NCBI RefSeq assembly: GCF_006345805.1
Contig: NW_021835106.1
Coordinates: 1 to 45,636, forward strand
Length of the DNA: 45,636 nt
Direction of reading: 5' to 3'
Source: Octopus sinensis
Lineage: Eukaryota
Shown: positions 22,370 through 34,799 of the stretch, in pieces
How positions within the stretch are numbered: the stretch's first letter is position 1
How the letters are laid out: every line of letters starts with the position of its first letter
The notes under the pieces: model-generated
What the model saw: only the letters and a program-made list of their open reading frames with translations
The model's database searches: none
Told to the model about the DNA's origin: nothing
Made by a program: the position numbers and the translations under genes

Positions 22370-24668
22370 GTGTGGGTGTGTAAATATTGTTGTATATATC
22401 GAGTTTAGTGAGTATGTATATGCGTATATGTGAGGGAGTATATGTATCTGTTGTGTGTGTGTGTTTTGCGTGTGTGTGTGTTTGTGTGTGAATGTGTATT
22501 TGGGTTTGTTATTTAGGTTTTGGGATGTATGTGTTAATTTGTCTGTGTGGGAGGGAGTGGGTTTTGGTGTATTTTGAGGTTTATAAGTTAGTATAGGTTT
22601 GTGTATAAGTCTTGGGTCTGTGGTTTACGTGTGTGTATTTGTGTGTGAATGTTTAGGTTAGGGGGATTGCTATATAAGTTTGTTATAGGGTTTAGCAAAG
22701 GGAGATTTTATCGTTATATGCTTTTATGAGTTTTGGTTTATCATGGTTTTTTTTAGGTAATTCGTGGTAATTTGTCTATTTTCGATGTTGGTTATTTTTT
22801 TACATTGTTTCATTCATAATTTTTGAGTGGTGTTCGTTTTGCCACGTGCATAACCGGGTGGTGGACTAGCGTTGCTTGGAATGTGAATGGAATAGTGTAG
22901 TAGTGAGGTAGGCATAGAGAATGGGATTGGGTTACTGCAAGTTGTTTGTTAGAGCTGCTAAGCTGAGTTAAAGCTCATAAATGTATTTAATGATTTTTGT
23001 GGGTGTGTAAGTATTGTTGTATATGTCGAGTTTAGTGAGTATGTATATGCGTATATGTGAGGGAGTATATGTATCTGTTGTGTGTGCGTGTTTTGCGTGT
23101 GTGTGTGTGTTTGTGTGTGAATGTGTATATGGGTTTGTTATTTAGGTTTTGGGATGTATGTGTTAATTTGTCTGTGTGGGGAGGGAGTGGGTTTTGGTGT
23201 ATATTGAGGTTTATAAGTTAGTATAGGTATGTGTATAAGTCGTGGGTCTGTGGTTTACGTGTGTGTATTTGTGTGTGAATGTTTAGGTTAGGGGGATTAC
23301 TATATAGGTTTGTTTTAGAATTTAGCAAAGGGAGATTTTATCGTTATATGTTTTTAAGAGTTTTGTTTTATCATGGTTTTTTTTAGGTAATTCGTGGTAA
23401 TTTGTCTATTTTCGATGTTGGTTATTTTTTTACATTGTTTCATTCATAATTTTTGAGTGGTGTTCGTTTTGCCACGTGCATAACCGGGTGGTGGACTAGC
23501 GTTGCTTGGAATTGTGAATGGAATAGTGTAGTAGTGAGGTAGGCATAGAGAATGGGATTGGGTTACTGCAAGTTGTTTGTTAGAGCTGCTAAGCTGAGTT
23601 AAAGCTCATAAATGTATTTAATGATTTTTGTGGGTGTGTAAGTATTGTTGTATATGTCGAGTTTAGTGAGTATGTATATGCGTATATGTGAGGGAGTATA
23701 TGTATCTGTTGTGTGTGCGTGTTTTGCGTGTGTGTGTGTGTTTGTGTGTGAATGTGTATATGGGTTTGTTATTTAGGTTTTGGGATGTATGTGTTAATTT
23801 GTCTGTGTGGGGAGGGAGTGGGTTTTGGTGTATATTGAGGTTTATAAGTTAGTATAGGTATGTGTATAAGTCGTGGGTCTGTGGTTTACGTGTGTGTATT
23901 TGTGTGTGAATGTTTAGGTTAGGGGGATTACTATATAGGTTTGTTTTAGAATTTAGCAAAGGGAGATTTTATCGTTATATGTTTTTAAGAGTTTTGTTTT
24001 ATCATGGTTTTTTTTAGGGAATTCGTGGTAATTTGTCTATTTTCGATGTTGGTTATTTTTTTACATTGTTTCATTCATAATTTTTGAGTGGTGTTCGTTT
24101 TGCCACGTGCATAACCGGGTGGTGGACTAGCGTTGCTTGGAATTGTGAATGGAATAGTGTAGTAGTGAGGTAGGCATAGAGAATGGGATTGGGTTACTGC
24201 AAGTTGTTTGTTAGAGCTGCTAAGCTGAGTTAAAGCTCATAAATGTATTTAATGATTTTTGTGGGTGTGTAAGTATTGTTGTATATGTCGAGTTTAGTGA
24301 GTATGTATATGCGTATATGTGAGGGAGTATATGTATCTGTTGTGTGTGCGTGTTTTGCGTGTGTGTGTGTGTTTGTGTGTGAATGTGTATATGGGTTTGT
24401 TATTTAGGTTTTGGGATGTATGTGTTAATTTGTCTGTGTGGGGAGGGAGTGGGTTTTGGTGTATATTGAGGTTTATAAGTTAGTATAGGTATGTGTATAA
24501 GTCGTGGGTCTGTGGTTTACGTGTGTGTATTTGTGTGTGAATGTTTAGGTTAGGGGGATTACTATATAGGTTTGTTTTAGAATTTAGCAAAGGGAGATTT
24601 TATCGTTATATGTTTTTAAGAGTTTTGTTTTATCATGGTTTTTTTTAGGGAATTCGTGGTAATTTGTC
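22370..24668 (+). repeat. Tandem array of ~630-bp units (~3.6 copies)
   Basis: The marker TAACCGGGTGGTGGACTAGCG starts at 22851, 23481 and 24112 (period 630-631). The later copies are near-identical. Confidence 0.95.
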
Positions 24669-24795
24669 TATATTTTCGATATGGATTATATATAGGTTAT
24701 ATATGGATTATATACTTATATTTTTTCATTTATACTTTAATTATTTAAAATTATTATTTTTATATTTTAAAATTTTGATTTTTTAGATTGGAAGT

Positions 24796-24838
24796 CCACC
24801 TGAAGATTGTCGATCAAGACAAGAAACGATTGTAGTGG
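24796..24838 (+). ncRNA. Minimal type-I hammerhead ribozyme motif
   Basis: CCAC-CUGAAGA-UUGUC(GAUCAA)GACAA-GAAAC(GAUU)GUA-GUGG. Intact catalytic core, 4-bp helix I, 5-bp helix II, 2-bp helix III, GUA cleavage triplet. Confidence 0.75.
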
Positions 24839-24931
24839 CGGTTTTTTTGACTATTTATTAAAATTTTATGTATTGATTAAGTCTTTCCTTGTTTGCTTTG
24901 CAAAATAGTGGTTTTGTCTCTAATAATATTT

Positions 24932-24963
<32 letters not shown>

Positions 24964-24965
24964 TA

Positions 24966-26147
24966 TAATTAATCAATATAGGGTGGCAAAAAAAATTTTG
25001 TAGAATTCCTTTTGCCACCAGCGGCCTAGTGGGAAAAAATTAAATAGTCACAGACCATTTTTAAGTTCAACATCAACAATCAAGGAACGGCCATAATAGG
25101 CCATTCACCCACTAGAAATAACAGCCAAAGCTTCAACCGCAAATAAAGATTAATTCCGTAAACAGGAGAAAATTTAAAAAACATTTACCCTGTAATTTCT
25201 TGTACGATGTACCGTTTCATCTGCTGTTTAATGGTAAACTAACCTGATTAAATTAAATCAAGCCAATCTTCCATAGGCCCTCAGATTCTTCAGCAAGAAA
25301 TAGCCAAGTCGGAACAGATATTTTCACGAGGCATTTCCGACCCTGCCAAGGCAATATCTGACCTAAAATTTTCAAATCGTCGCACTCGCGCCAAATTTAT
25401 CGGCAGCAAATAAATATAAGCCGCCGATTCCATTACGGAATTAACCAGAAAATCCATAATTAATCAATATAGGGTGGCAAAAAAAATTTTGTAGAATTCC
25501 TTTTGCCACCAGCGGCCTAGTGGGAAAAAATTAAATAGTCACAGACCATTTTTAAGTTCAACATCAACAATCAAGGAACGGCCATAATAGGCCATTCACC
25601 CACTAGAAATAACAGCCAAAGCTTCAACCGCAAATAAAGATTAATTCCGTAAACAGGAGAAAATTTAAAAAACATTTACCCTGTAATTTCTTGTACGATG
25701 TACCGTTTCATCTGCTGTTTAATGGTAAACTAACCTGATTAAATTAAATCAAGCCAATCTTCCATAGGCCCTCAGATTCTTCAGCAAGAAATAGCCAAGT
25801 CGGAACAGATATTTTCACGAGGCATTTCCGACCCTGCCAAGGCAATATCTGACCTAAAATTTTCAAATCGTCGCACTCGCGCCAAATTTATCGGCAGCAA
25901 ATAAATATAAGCCGCCGATTCCATTACGGAATTAACCAGAAAATCCATAATTAATCAATATAGGGTGGCAAAAAAAATTTTGTAGAATTCCTTTTGCCAC
26001 CAGCGACCTAGTGGGAAAAAATTAAATAGTCACAGACCATTTTTAAGTTCAACATCAACAATCAAGGAACGGCCATAATAGGCCATTCACCCACTAGAAA
26101 TAACAGCCAAAGCTTCAACCGCAAATAAAGATTAATTCCGTAAACAG
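24966..26147 (+). repeat. Tandem array of 491-bp units (2.4 copies)
   Basis: TAATTAATCAATATAGGGTGGC starts at 24966, 25457 and 25948. Copies are essentially identical. Confidence 0.95.
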
Positions 26148-26456
26148 TGCGACGATTTGAAAATTTTAGGTCAGATATTGCCTTGGCAGGGTCGGAAATG
26201 CCTCGTGAAAATATCTGTTCCGACTTGGCTATTTCTTGCTGAAGAATCTGAGGGCCTATGGAAGATTGGCTTGATTTAATTTAATCAGGTTAGTTTACCA
26301 TTAAACAGCAGATGAAACGGTACATCGTACAAGAAATTACAGGGTAAATGTTTTTTAAATTTTCTCCTGTTTACGGAATTAATCTTTATTTGCGGTTGAA
26401 GCTTTGGCTGTTATTTCTAGTGGGTGAATGGCCTATTATGGTCGTTCCTTGATTGT

Positions 26457-26460
<4 letters not shown>
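26148..26460 (-). repeat. Inverted partial copy of the 491-bp unit, abutting the array
   Basis: Reverse complement of the unit segment ATCAACAATCAAGG…AAATCGTCGCA. Junction AAACAG/AGTGCGACG shares AG. Confidence 0.93.
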
Positions 26461-26490
<30 letters not shown>

Positions 26491-26496
<6 letters not shown>

Positions 26497-27125
26497 AATG
26501 CTGGACATAACAAGCATCGGATGTGGCAGGCAAGAAAGATGTTTGCGCTGGTATAGTCATGTTCTCCGGATGGATGAGAAGAGATGTGCGAAAAAGTGCC
26601 ACTCCCAAACAGTTGAAGGAATCCGGGGTAGAGGTAGACCCAGGAAGACATGGAATGAGGTGATTAAGCATGACCTTCGAGCGTTGGGCCTCACAGAGGC
26701 AATGACGAAAGACCGAGACATCTGGAGATATGCTGTAACTGCGATGACCCGACAAATAACGTGAGGCTGTTTCCTGCAGCAGCTTCACATAACAGCCCCA
26801 ACCCATCGGAAATACCTTGGATCGCAGGACGGCCTGCTGTGGTTACCTTGGATCGTGGGGTGACCTGCTGTGCTTGAGGAGACCTATTGAGTCAAGTACA
26901 TCAACATCAAATGGAAATTGTAGTTCTGATACCCGCGCCAATGGCACTTTCAAAACACCATCTCAACGTGACTGATGCCACCGCCGTCTTGACTGGCTTC
27001 CGTGCTGGGGGCACATAAAAAACACCATTCGATCGTGGCCGTTGCCAGCCTCCTGGCTTCCCAGACCCCGGTCGAACCGTCCAACCCATGCTAGCATGGA
27101 AAACGGACGTTAAACGATGATGATA
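26491..27125 (+). mobile_element. RTE-clade LINE 3' end (ORF C-terminus, 3' UTR, (GAT)n tail)
   Basis: CLRWYSHVLRMDEKR…RGRGRPRKTWNEVIKHDLRALGLTEAMTKDRDIWRYAV is the typical RTE C-terminus. Ends …GGACGTTAAAC(GAT)n. Confidence 0.88.
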
Positions 27126-27863
27126 TATATATTTATATACATATATATATATATATATATACACACATACATTTCTGTGTGTATGTATGTGGTATGTATG
27201 TACGTACGTACGTATGTATGTATTATGTATGTATGTATGTACGTGTATGTGTGTATGTATGTACGTACGTAAATATGTACGTATGTATGTATGTATATAT
27301 GTATGTATGTATATATGTATTATGCATGTATTACGTATGTATGTATGTATGTATGTATGTACATATGTACGTCTGTATATACGTATGTATGTACGTATGT
27401 ATGTATGTATGTGTGTGTGTGTGCGTGCGTGTATAGTGGCTTTGTGTGTATGTCTGTCGTTTACGTTTATCTCCATGTGACTTAGCGGTTCGCTATAAGA
27501 GGCCAATAAAATCTACCAGACAGAAGTAAGAAATAACTTGTGTCAATTTCTTAGATTACAATTCTTCAATGCGGTGCCCCAGCGTGGCCGCAGTCTAGTA
27601 ACTGAAAAATGTGAAAAAAACTACAAAATTCCTCAGTAACACCTTAAGCTAAGGGACGTAACTCTTGTACCTCACACTGGCTTTACCTGCTAGAAATAGC
27701 AGCCAAAATGGTTTTAAGCCAGATCCCAATGCTGGATCGTCAAGAACCAAATGTAGAGCAGAGTTTCAATCCTGGGATCATCCTGATTCCAAAAAGGTAG
27801 AATATGTCTATGTAGACTGAGGGACAGGGGTCACAGGCACATGGGAATTTCGCTTTTATTAAT

Positions 27864-28515
27864 GTGGCGAGCTGGCAGAAACGTTAGCACGCCGGGCGAA
27901 ATGCTTAGCAGTATTTCGTCTGCCGTTACGTTCTGGGTTCAAATTCCGCCGAGGTCGACTTTGCCTTTCATCCTTTCGAGGCCCATTAAATAAGTACCTG
28001 TTACGCACTGGGCTCGATATAATCGACTTAATATGTTTGTCTGTCCTTGCTTGTTCCCTCTGTGTTTAGCCCCTTGTGGGTACTAAAGAAATAGGTATTT
28101 CGTCTGCCGTTACGTTCTGAGTTCAAATTCCTTTCATCCTTTCAGGGTCGATAAATTAAGTACCAGTTACGCACTGGGCTCGATATAATCGACTTAATCC
28201 GCTTTTCTGTCCTTGTTTGTCCCGTCTGTGTTTAGCCTCTTGTGGGCAGTAAAGAAATAGGTATTTCGTCTGCCGTTACATTCTGGTTTCAAATTCCACC
28301 GATGTCGACTTTGCCTTTCATCCTTCCGAGGTCCATAAAATATGTACCAGTTATGCACTGGGGTCGATATAAACGACTTAATCCGTTTGTCTGTCCTTGT
28401 TTGTCTCCTCTGTGTTTAGCCCCTTGTGGGTAGTAAAGAAATAGGTATTTCGTCTGCCGTTACGTTCTGAGTTCAAATTCCGCCGAGGTCGACTTTGCCT
28501 TTCATCCTTTCGGAT
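27864..28515 (+). mobile_element. Family-1 tRNA SINE with its internal ~185-bp segment repeated 3-4 times
   Basis: Head GTGGCGAGCTGGCAGAAACGTTAG, then GTATTTCGTCTGCCGTTAC recurring at about 27911, 28095, 28261 and 28445. Confidence 0.88.
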
Positions 28516-28539
28516 GTTATAATATAACACATTCACCGG

Positions 28540-28625
<86 letters not shown>

Positions 28626-28879
28626 TGCAAGACGCAACGAAAATTTTAGGACAATAAAAATAAGAAAAAAGTGGGAATTTTACCGGTGAGTGTTTTACAT
28701 AATAAGGCACAAAACGAAAAGGATTCTCTCCAGAAACAACAGAATTATTGAACTTAAGTATTACAACAACCAAAAAATAGAAATACATTTTCTTATGCGA
28801 ATATAGTGTTGCGTTGACAATTTCAATTCAAAGTTTTTATTCATTCTGCAAATCTTGTTCGTTGATCCCATGCTAAAAA

Positions 28880-29345
28880 CGTCCTAACAGACATTGGTTT
28901 GAGTTTTACCTGTAGGGGTGAAAATGATAAAATTGTCTTTGCTCCCCACTCTGGAACCCCAGGATATGTCTGTGTGAAAAACAACCCTTCTCTAATTGCA
29001 AAGCAGTAACTTTGAAAGTCTGATCTTGGTACTTATCAATGGACATCGCAAGAGACTGACGTATTGGAAATTGAAGTCGTTTGAATTCGATGCGAATATT
29101 TGAAGGTGTTAAACTTAAGTGAGGCATAAATATATCTTCACCTTTTCCAAAGACAAAAATTATTGTGGCTTCTATGATATTTCTCGTTAATTTCTTCACA
29201 ACAATTCTTGTACCACTGCACAGCTTCGGTTGGGAAAAGGTCTGCAGAGGCATGATTGGAGCGCTCATTTTCAATCGAAGGCAACGAGGGGGAGCTCGTT
29301 GTGGATCCAGTGAGTTTAAGAACTCAACCAGATAATCGGCAATTC
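28880..29345 (-). mobile_element. Helitron Pif1-like helicase C-terminal remnant
   Basis: YLVEFLNSLDP…PP..LRLK..PIM…PKLCSGTRIVVKKL..NIIEATI…GEDIFMP…EFKRLQFPI…AMSIDK.Q.Q…CFSH matches Helitron RepHel helicase motifs, in decayed form. Confidence 0.9.
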
Positions 29346-29554
29346 CCATGTCTTCAACAACAGAGTTTACAGATTTGTGGCGAACTGGCAGAATCGTTAG
29401 CACGCCGGGCGAAATGCTTTGCGGTATTTCGTTTGTCGTTACGTTGTGAGTTCGGGGACGTAAACATACCAGCATCAGTTGTCAAGCGATGTTGGGGGGA
29501 CAAACACAGACACACACATATACATATACATATACGACAGGCTTCTTTCAGTTT

Positions 29555-29616
29555 CCGTCTGGTCTGGGGATCGAAACCGCGAGTCCGCTGCCCTAACCAC
29601 TGGGCCATTGCGTCTC

Positions 29617-29617
<1 letters not shown>
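29555..29617 (-). mobile_element. Isolated tRNA-like SINE head (same family as 8511)
   Basis: Reverse complement GGAGACGCAATGGCCCAGTGGTTAGGGCAGCGGACTCGCGGTTTCGATCCCCAGAC, lacking part of the internal arm. Confidence 0.7.
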
Positions 29618-29714
<97 letters not shown>

Positions 29715-29715
29715 G

Positions 29716-29747
<32 letters not shown>

Positions 29748-29749
29748 AT

Positions 29750-29782
<33 letters not shown>

Positions 29783-30300
29783 CACATATCGTACGCTTCT
29801 TTCACTGACCATCTCTGAAACCCACAAACAGGTATTTGGTTATGGCAAAAAAAAACGGAAAAAAATCGCTCTAGGTGTCACGCAGTGGAACTGAACCTGA
29901 AATCTCTATCACACAGTCACACCTATATCTATAAAGCTTGTCTATGTGTGTGTATAGACAGATAATTCGACTGAATGTTAAGGTGTCGGACGATGTCAGG
30001 CAGAGAGATTATGACGTCATAAGGAAAAATTGATTTAAAATGAGTGTTAGTCATTTTCACCTCTTTTCTTCTTCTCTCTCTCTCTCTCTCTCTCTCACCC
30101 CAAACCTTTCTTCGCTCAGTCTTTCTTTTCCGTAACCCTCCCCTTCTCACTCTATCTCGCTCTCGCTCACTTTCTCTCTTTCTTTCCCCCTCTCTCTCTT
30201 TCTCTTCGTTTATGTCTGTGCTTATGTAGGCTTGTGTTGTTGCCTGCTACTTATGTAGGACCTCAGAAATGTAGGAATATACACATTCTCGTCTTTATGC

Positions 30301-30447
<147 letters not shown>

Positions 30448-30788
30448 TGTATATATACATATATGTGAGCGAGTAGAGAGAGAGAGAGAGTGAGAGAGTG
30501 AAAGAGAGAGAGAGAGAGAATATAACTCTAGATACAGGTACATATAAATGCTGTCATCAGCATGGCCGTAGCTCTGGGCTGAAACTTTAACATATATATA
30601 TATATATAATATATATATATATAAAGATAATAATAATAATAATAATAATAATGATAATAATAATATAATAATAATGATGATGATGATAATAATAAAATAA
30701 TAATAATAATAATAATATAATAATAATAATAACAACAACATTGAAAAATACCTTAGGAATGTGAACTCAGGTTTCAAATTCCCCCAAG

Positions 30789-30832
30789 ACACCTGAAGAA
30801 GGCTGGAGGGTATATCAGCCGAAATGTTGTGT
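30789..30832 (+). ncRNA. Degenerate minimal hammerhead-like motif in a PLE-type short repeat
   Basis: ACAC-CUGAAGA-A-GGCUG(GAGGGUAUAU)CAGCC-GAAAU-GUU-GUGU. Helices I and II are present, but GAAAC is changed to GAAAU and helix III is essentially absent. Confidence 0.45.
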
Positions 30833-30892
30833 TAACAACAAACCAGATGAGGACAAATATCCGTCAAATGTAAATGATGTAAATAATGGAGA

Positions 30893-31560
30893 GTACGTAG
30901 TTGATTCTAAGAAAAGTGAGCCAAGCTTGTTTAATCAAGAAGATTTGAATGATTTAGTAAAAGACCTACCATTGTCAAAGGAGAAGGCAGAAGTTTTGGG
31001 ATCCAGACTACAGCAACGGAATCTCCAACAGTAAGGTGCGAAAATTTCTATTTTCCATTCTCGCCATGAAGGCTTATCTGTCTTTTTCAAGCAAGAAAAT
31101 AATGCTTGTTTCTGCACTAACGTTAATGCACTTATGCAAAAACTACGACAAGTGTATGTGACTAACGAATGGAGAATGTTTAAAGACTCGAGTAAGGTTA
31201 GCCTCGAAGCTGTGCTGTTACATAATGGTAATGAAAAACCTTCCATTCCTGTGGGTCATGCTATCGGTATGGAAGAAACTTATGAATCGATGGAACTCAT
31301 TCTGAAAGGAGTTAATTACTCAGTTCATAAGTGAAATATTTCTGGTGATTTAAAGATGATTTTCCTCCTCCTAGGACTGCAGCTGGAATACATAAAAAAT
31401 ATGCACTTCTTGTATTTTTGGAACAGTCGTGATGACAGCAACCATTGCACTGTAAAAGACTGCTCTAAAAGAGATGAGCGCATAATTGGTCCCTACAATG
31501 TGCAGCATGTGCCGCTGGTAAACCCAGAAAAAATCTTCCTTCCATACCTTCACATCAAAC
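30893..31560 (+). mobile_element. Decayed DNA-transposon transposase, probably CMC/Chapaev3-like
   Basis: LNDLVKDLPLSKEKAEVLGSRL…EWRMFKDSSKVSLEAVLLHNGNEKPSIPVGH…GDLKM..LLLGLQ…PLVNPEKIFLP.LHIK, with in-frame stops. The superfamily assignment is from memory of motifs and was not searched. Confidence 0.7.
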
Positions 31561-32088
31561 AACGACACACGATGCAACTTAGCGGTTCGGCAAAAGACAC
31601 CGATAGAATGAGTACTAGGCTTACAAAGAATAAGTCCTGGGGTAGATTTGCTCGACTAAAGGTGGTGCACCAGCATGGCCGCAGTCAAACGACTGAAACA
31701 AGTGAGAGATTAAAAGAGCAAATAGTGCCAAAAGTGTATATTCTTTAATTAAGGGAGATAACTAAAAAATAACATCTTAGTCATATAAAACCGACGTGAC
31801 AGTTTCGAATTGAAACGGGCTCGTTTTTCGCTTGCGAAGGGGACACGAGCATTGGCGCACCAACAGACACACATACGCATGCAAGCTTCTGCTGATACCT
31901 TTAACAAATAAACATTGACTAGCTTATATTTTACATTTAATTACACGCCACAACTATATAAAGTAATAACAATATCTAGTACAAACCTTTGGACTTGATC
32001 AGGTGATTATTTTGTTTTAGATAGTATATATGCGTGTGTGGGTATATACACCTATATATGTATGTATTTATGTATGTATGTACGTATG

Positions 32089-32147
<59 letters not shown>

Positions 32148-32149
<2 letters not shown>

Positions 32150-33733
32150 AATTGTATCTTTGTGGTACCAGTGACGGTGGCACACAAGAAAACCACCCGA
32201 ACGTGGCCGTAGCCAGTACCGCATCGACTGGCCTCCGTGCTGTGGGCACAACAAACACCATCCGATCGTGGCCGTTCGCCAGCCTCATCTTGCACCTGTG
32301 TCGGTGGCACATAAAAACACCATCCGAAGACCCGGCGACGTAGTCAGTCCACCTGTGCATACCTTCCTTCTTATGACACTTGTGAAGACCTGTTGAGGCA
32401 AGTGTGTGACACTTGTGAAGACCTGTTGAGGCAGAGGCAAGTGTGTGACACTTGTGAAGACCTGTTGAGGCAGAGGCAAGTGTGTGACACTTGTGAAGAC
32501 CTGTTGAGGCAAGTGAAAATCAAACCAAATCAAAATAGATGAACATCAATGGAATTTGTATCTTTGTGGTACCAGTATCGGTGGCACACAAGAAAACCAT
32601 CCGAACGTGGCTGTAGCCAGTACCGCATCGACTGGCCTCCGTGCTGTGGGCACATAACAAACGCCATCCGATCGTGGCCGTTCGCCAGCCTCATCTGGCA
32701 CCTGTCCGAAGACCCGGCAAGACTAGTCAGGCCATAGCCCGTGGCCCCTTCCTGGGATGTAGTCAGTCCACCTGTGCATACCTTCCATCTTATGACACTT
32801 GTGAAGTCCTGTTGAGGCAAGTGCTAATCTAATCAAATCAAATGACACTTGTGAAGACCTGTTGAGGCAAGTGATAATCATAATCATAATCAAATCAAAT
32901 CAAAACAAATCAAAATAGATGAACATCAATGGAATTTGTATCTTTGTGGTACCAATGCCGGTGGCACACAAGAAAACCATCCGAACGTGGTGGTAGCCAG
33001 TACCACATCGACTGGCCTCCGTGCTGTGGGCACGTAACAAACACCATCCGATCGTGGCCGTTCGCCAGCCTCATCTGGCACCTGTGTTGGTGGCACATAA
33101 AAACACCATCCAAAGACCCGGCAAGACTAGTCAGGCCATAACCCGTGGCCCCTACCTGGGACGTAGTCAGTCCACCTGTGCATACCTTCCTTCTTATGAC
33201 ACTTGTGAAGACCTGTTGAGGCAAGTGAAAATCAAACCAAATCAAAATAGATGAACATCAATGGAATTTGTATCTTTATGGTACCAGTGCCGGTGGCACA
33301 CAAGAAAACCATCCGAACGTGGCCGTAGCCAGTACCGCATCGACTGGCCTCCGTGCTGTGGGCACGTAACAAACACCATCCGATCGTGGCCGTTCGCCAG
33401 CCTCATCTGGCACTTGTGTCGGTGGCACATAAAAACACCATCCGAGCGTGGCCGTCTGCCAGCCTCGTCTGGCACCTGTGTCGGTGGCACATAAAAAACA
33501 CCATCTGAGCGTGGCCGTTCGCCAGCCTCGTCTGGCACCTGTGTCGGTGGCACATAAAATCACCCACTACACTCTCGGAGTGGTTGGCGTTAGGAAGGGC
33601 ATCCAGCTGTAGAAACACTGCCAGATATGACTGGCCTGGTGCAGCCTTCGGGCTCCCCAGACTCCAGTTGAACCGTCCAACCCATGCTAGCATGGAAAGC
33701 GGACGTTAAATGATGATGATGATGATGATGATG
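32148..33733 (+). mobile_element. Retroposon 3' region (related to the 26770-27125 RTE UTR) amplified into nested tandem repeats, with (GAT)n tail
   Basis: GGAAT(T)TGTATCTTT recurs at 32148, 32551, 32931 and 33263. Contains 33/39-nt and ~63-nt subrepeats. Ends CATGCTAGCATGGAAAGCGGACGTTAAAT(GAT)n. Confidence 0.8.
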
Positions 33734-34570
<837 letters not shown>

Positions 34571-34574
34571 TGGT

Positions 34575-34750
34575 TGTATGCTGGGGCACCGACTTTTGTC
34601 GAGTAAATCGACCAGAGGACCTATTCTTTCTAAACCTAGTACTTATTCTATCGGTCTCCTTTGCCGAACCGCTAAGTTACAGGGACGTAAACACACCAGC
34701 ATTGGTTGTGGAACTATGCTGGGCGGACAAACACAGACACAGAAACATAC

Positions 34751-34799
<49 letters not shown>

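Larger units (their letters stand above)
20345..24930. mobile_element. 4.6-kb non-autonomous Penelope-like element candidate, strongly G/T-skewed, flanked by (TA)n
   Basis: (TA)n tracts on both sides and a hammerhead motif near the right end, typical of PLE pseudo-LTRs. Contains an internal 630-bp array and an inverted segment. No RT or GIY-YIG motif recognised. Confidence 0.55.

Noticed and set aside
20400-24780. Mitochondrial insertion (NUMT), suggested by strong G/T skew and AT richness
   Set aside because: No recognisable mitochondrial protein, rRNA or tRNA sequence was seen. The hammerhead and (TA)n flanks point to a retroelement. A BLASTN against the mitogenome would settle it.
32373-32515. 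Short hairpin-forming direct repeats resembling a CRISPR array
   Set aside because: There are no unique spacers, the repeats are contiguous and lie inside a retroposon UTR, and the context is eukaryotic.
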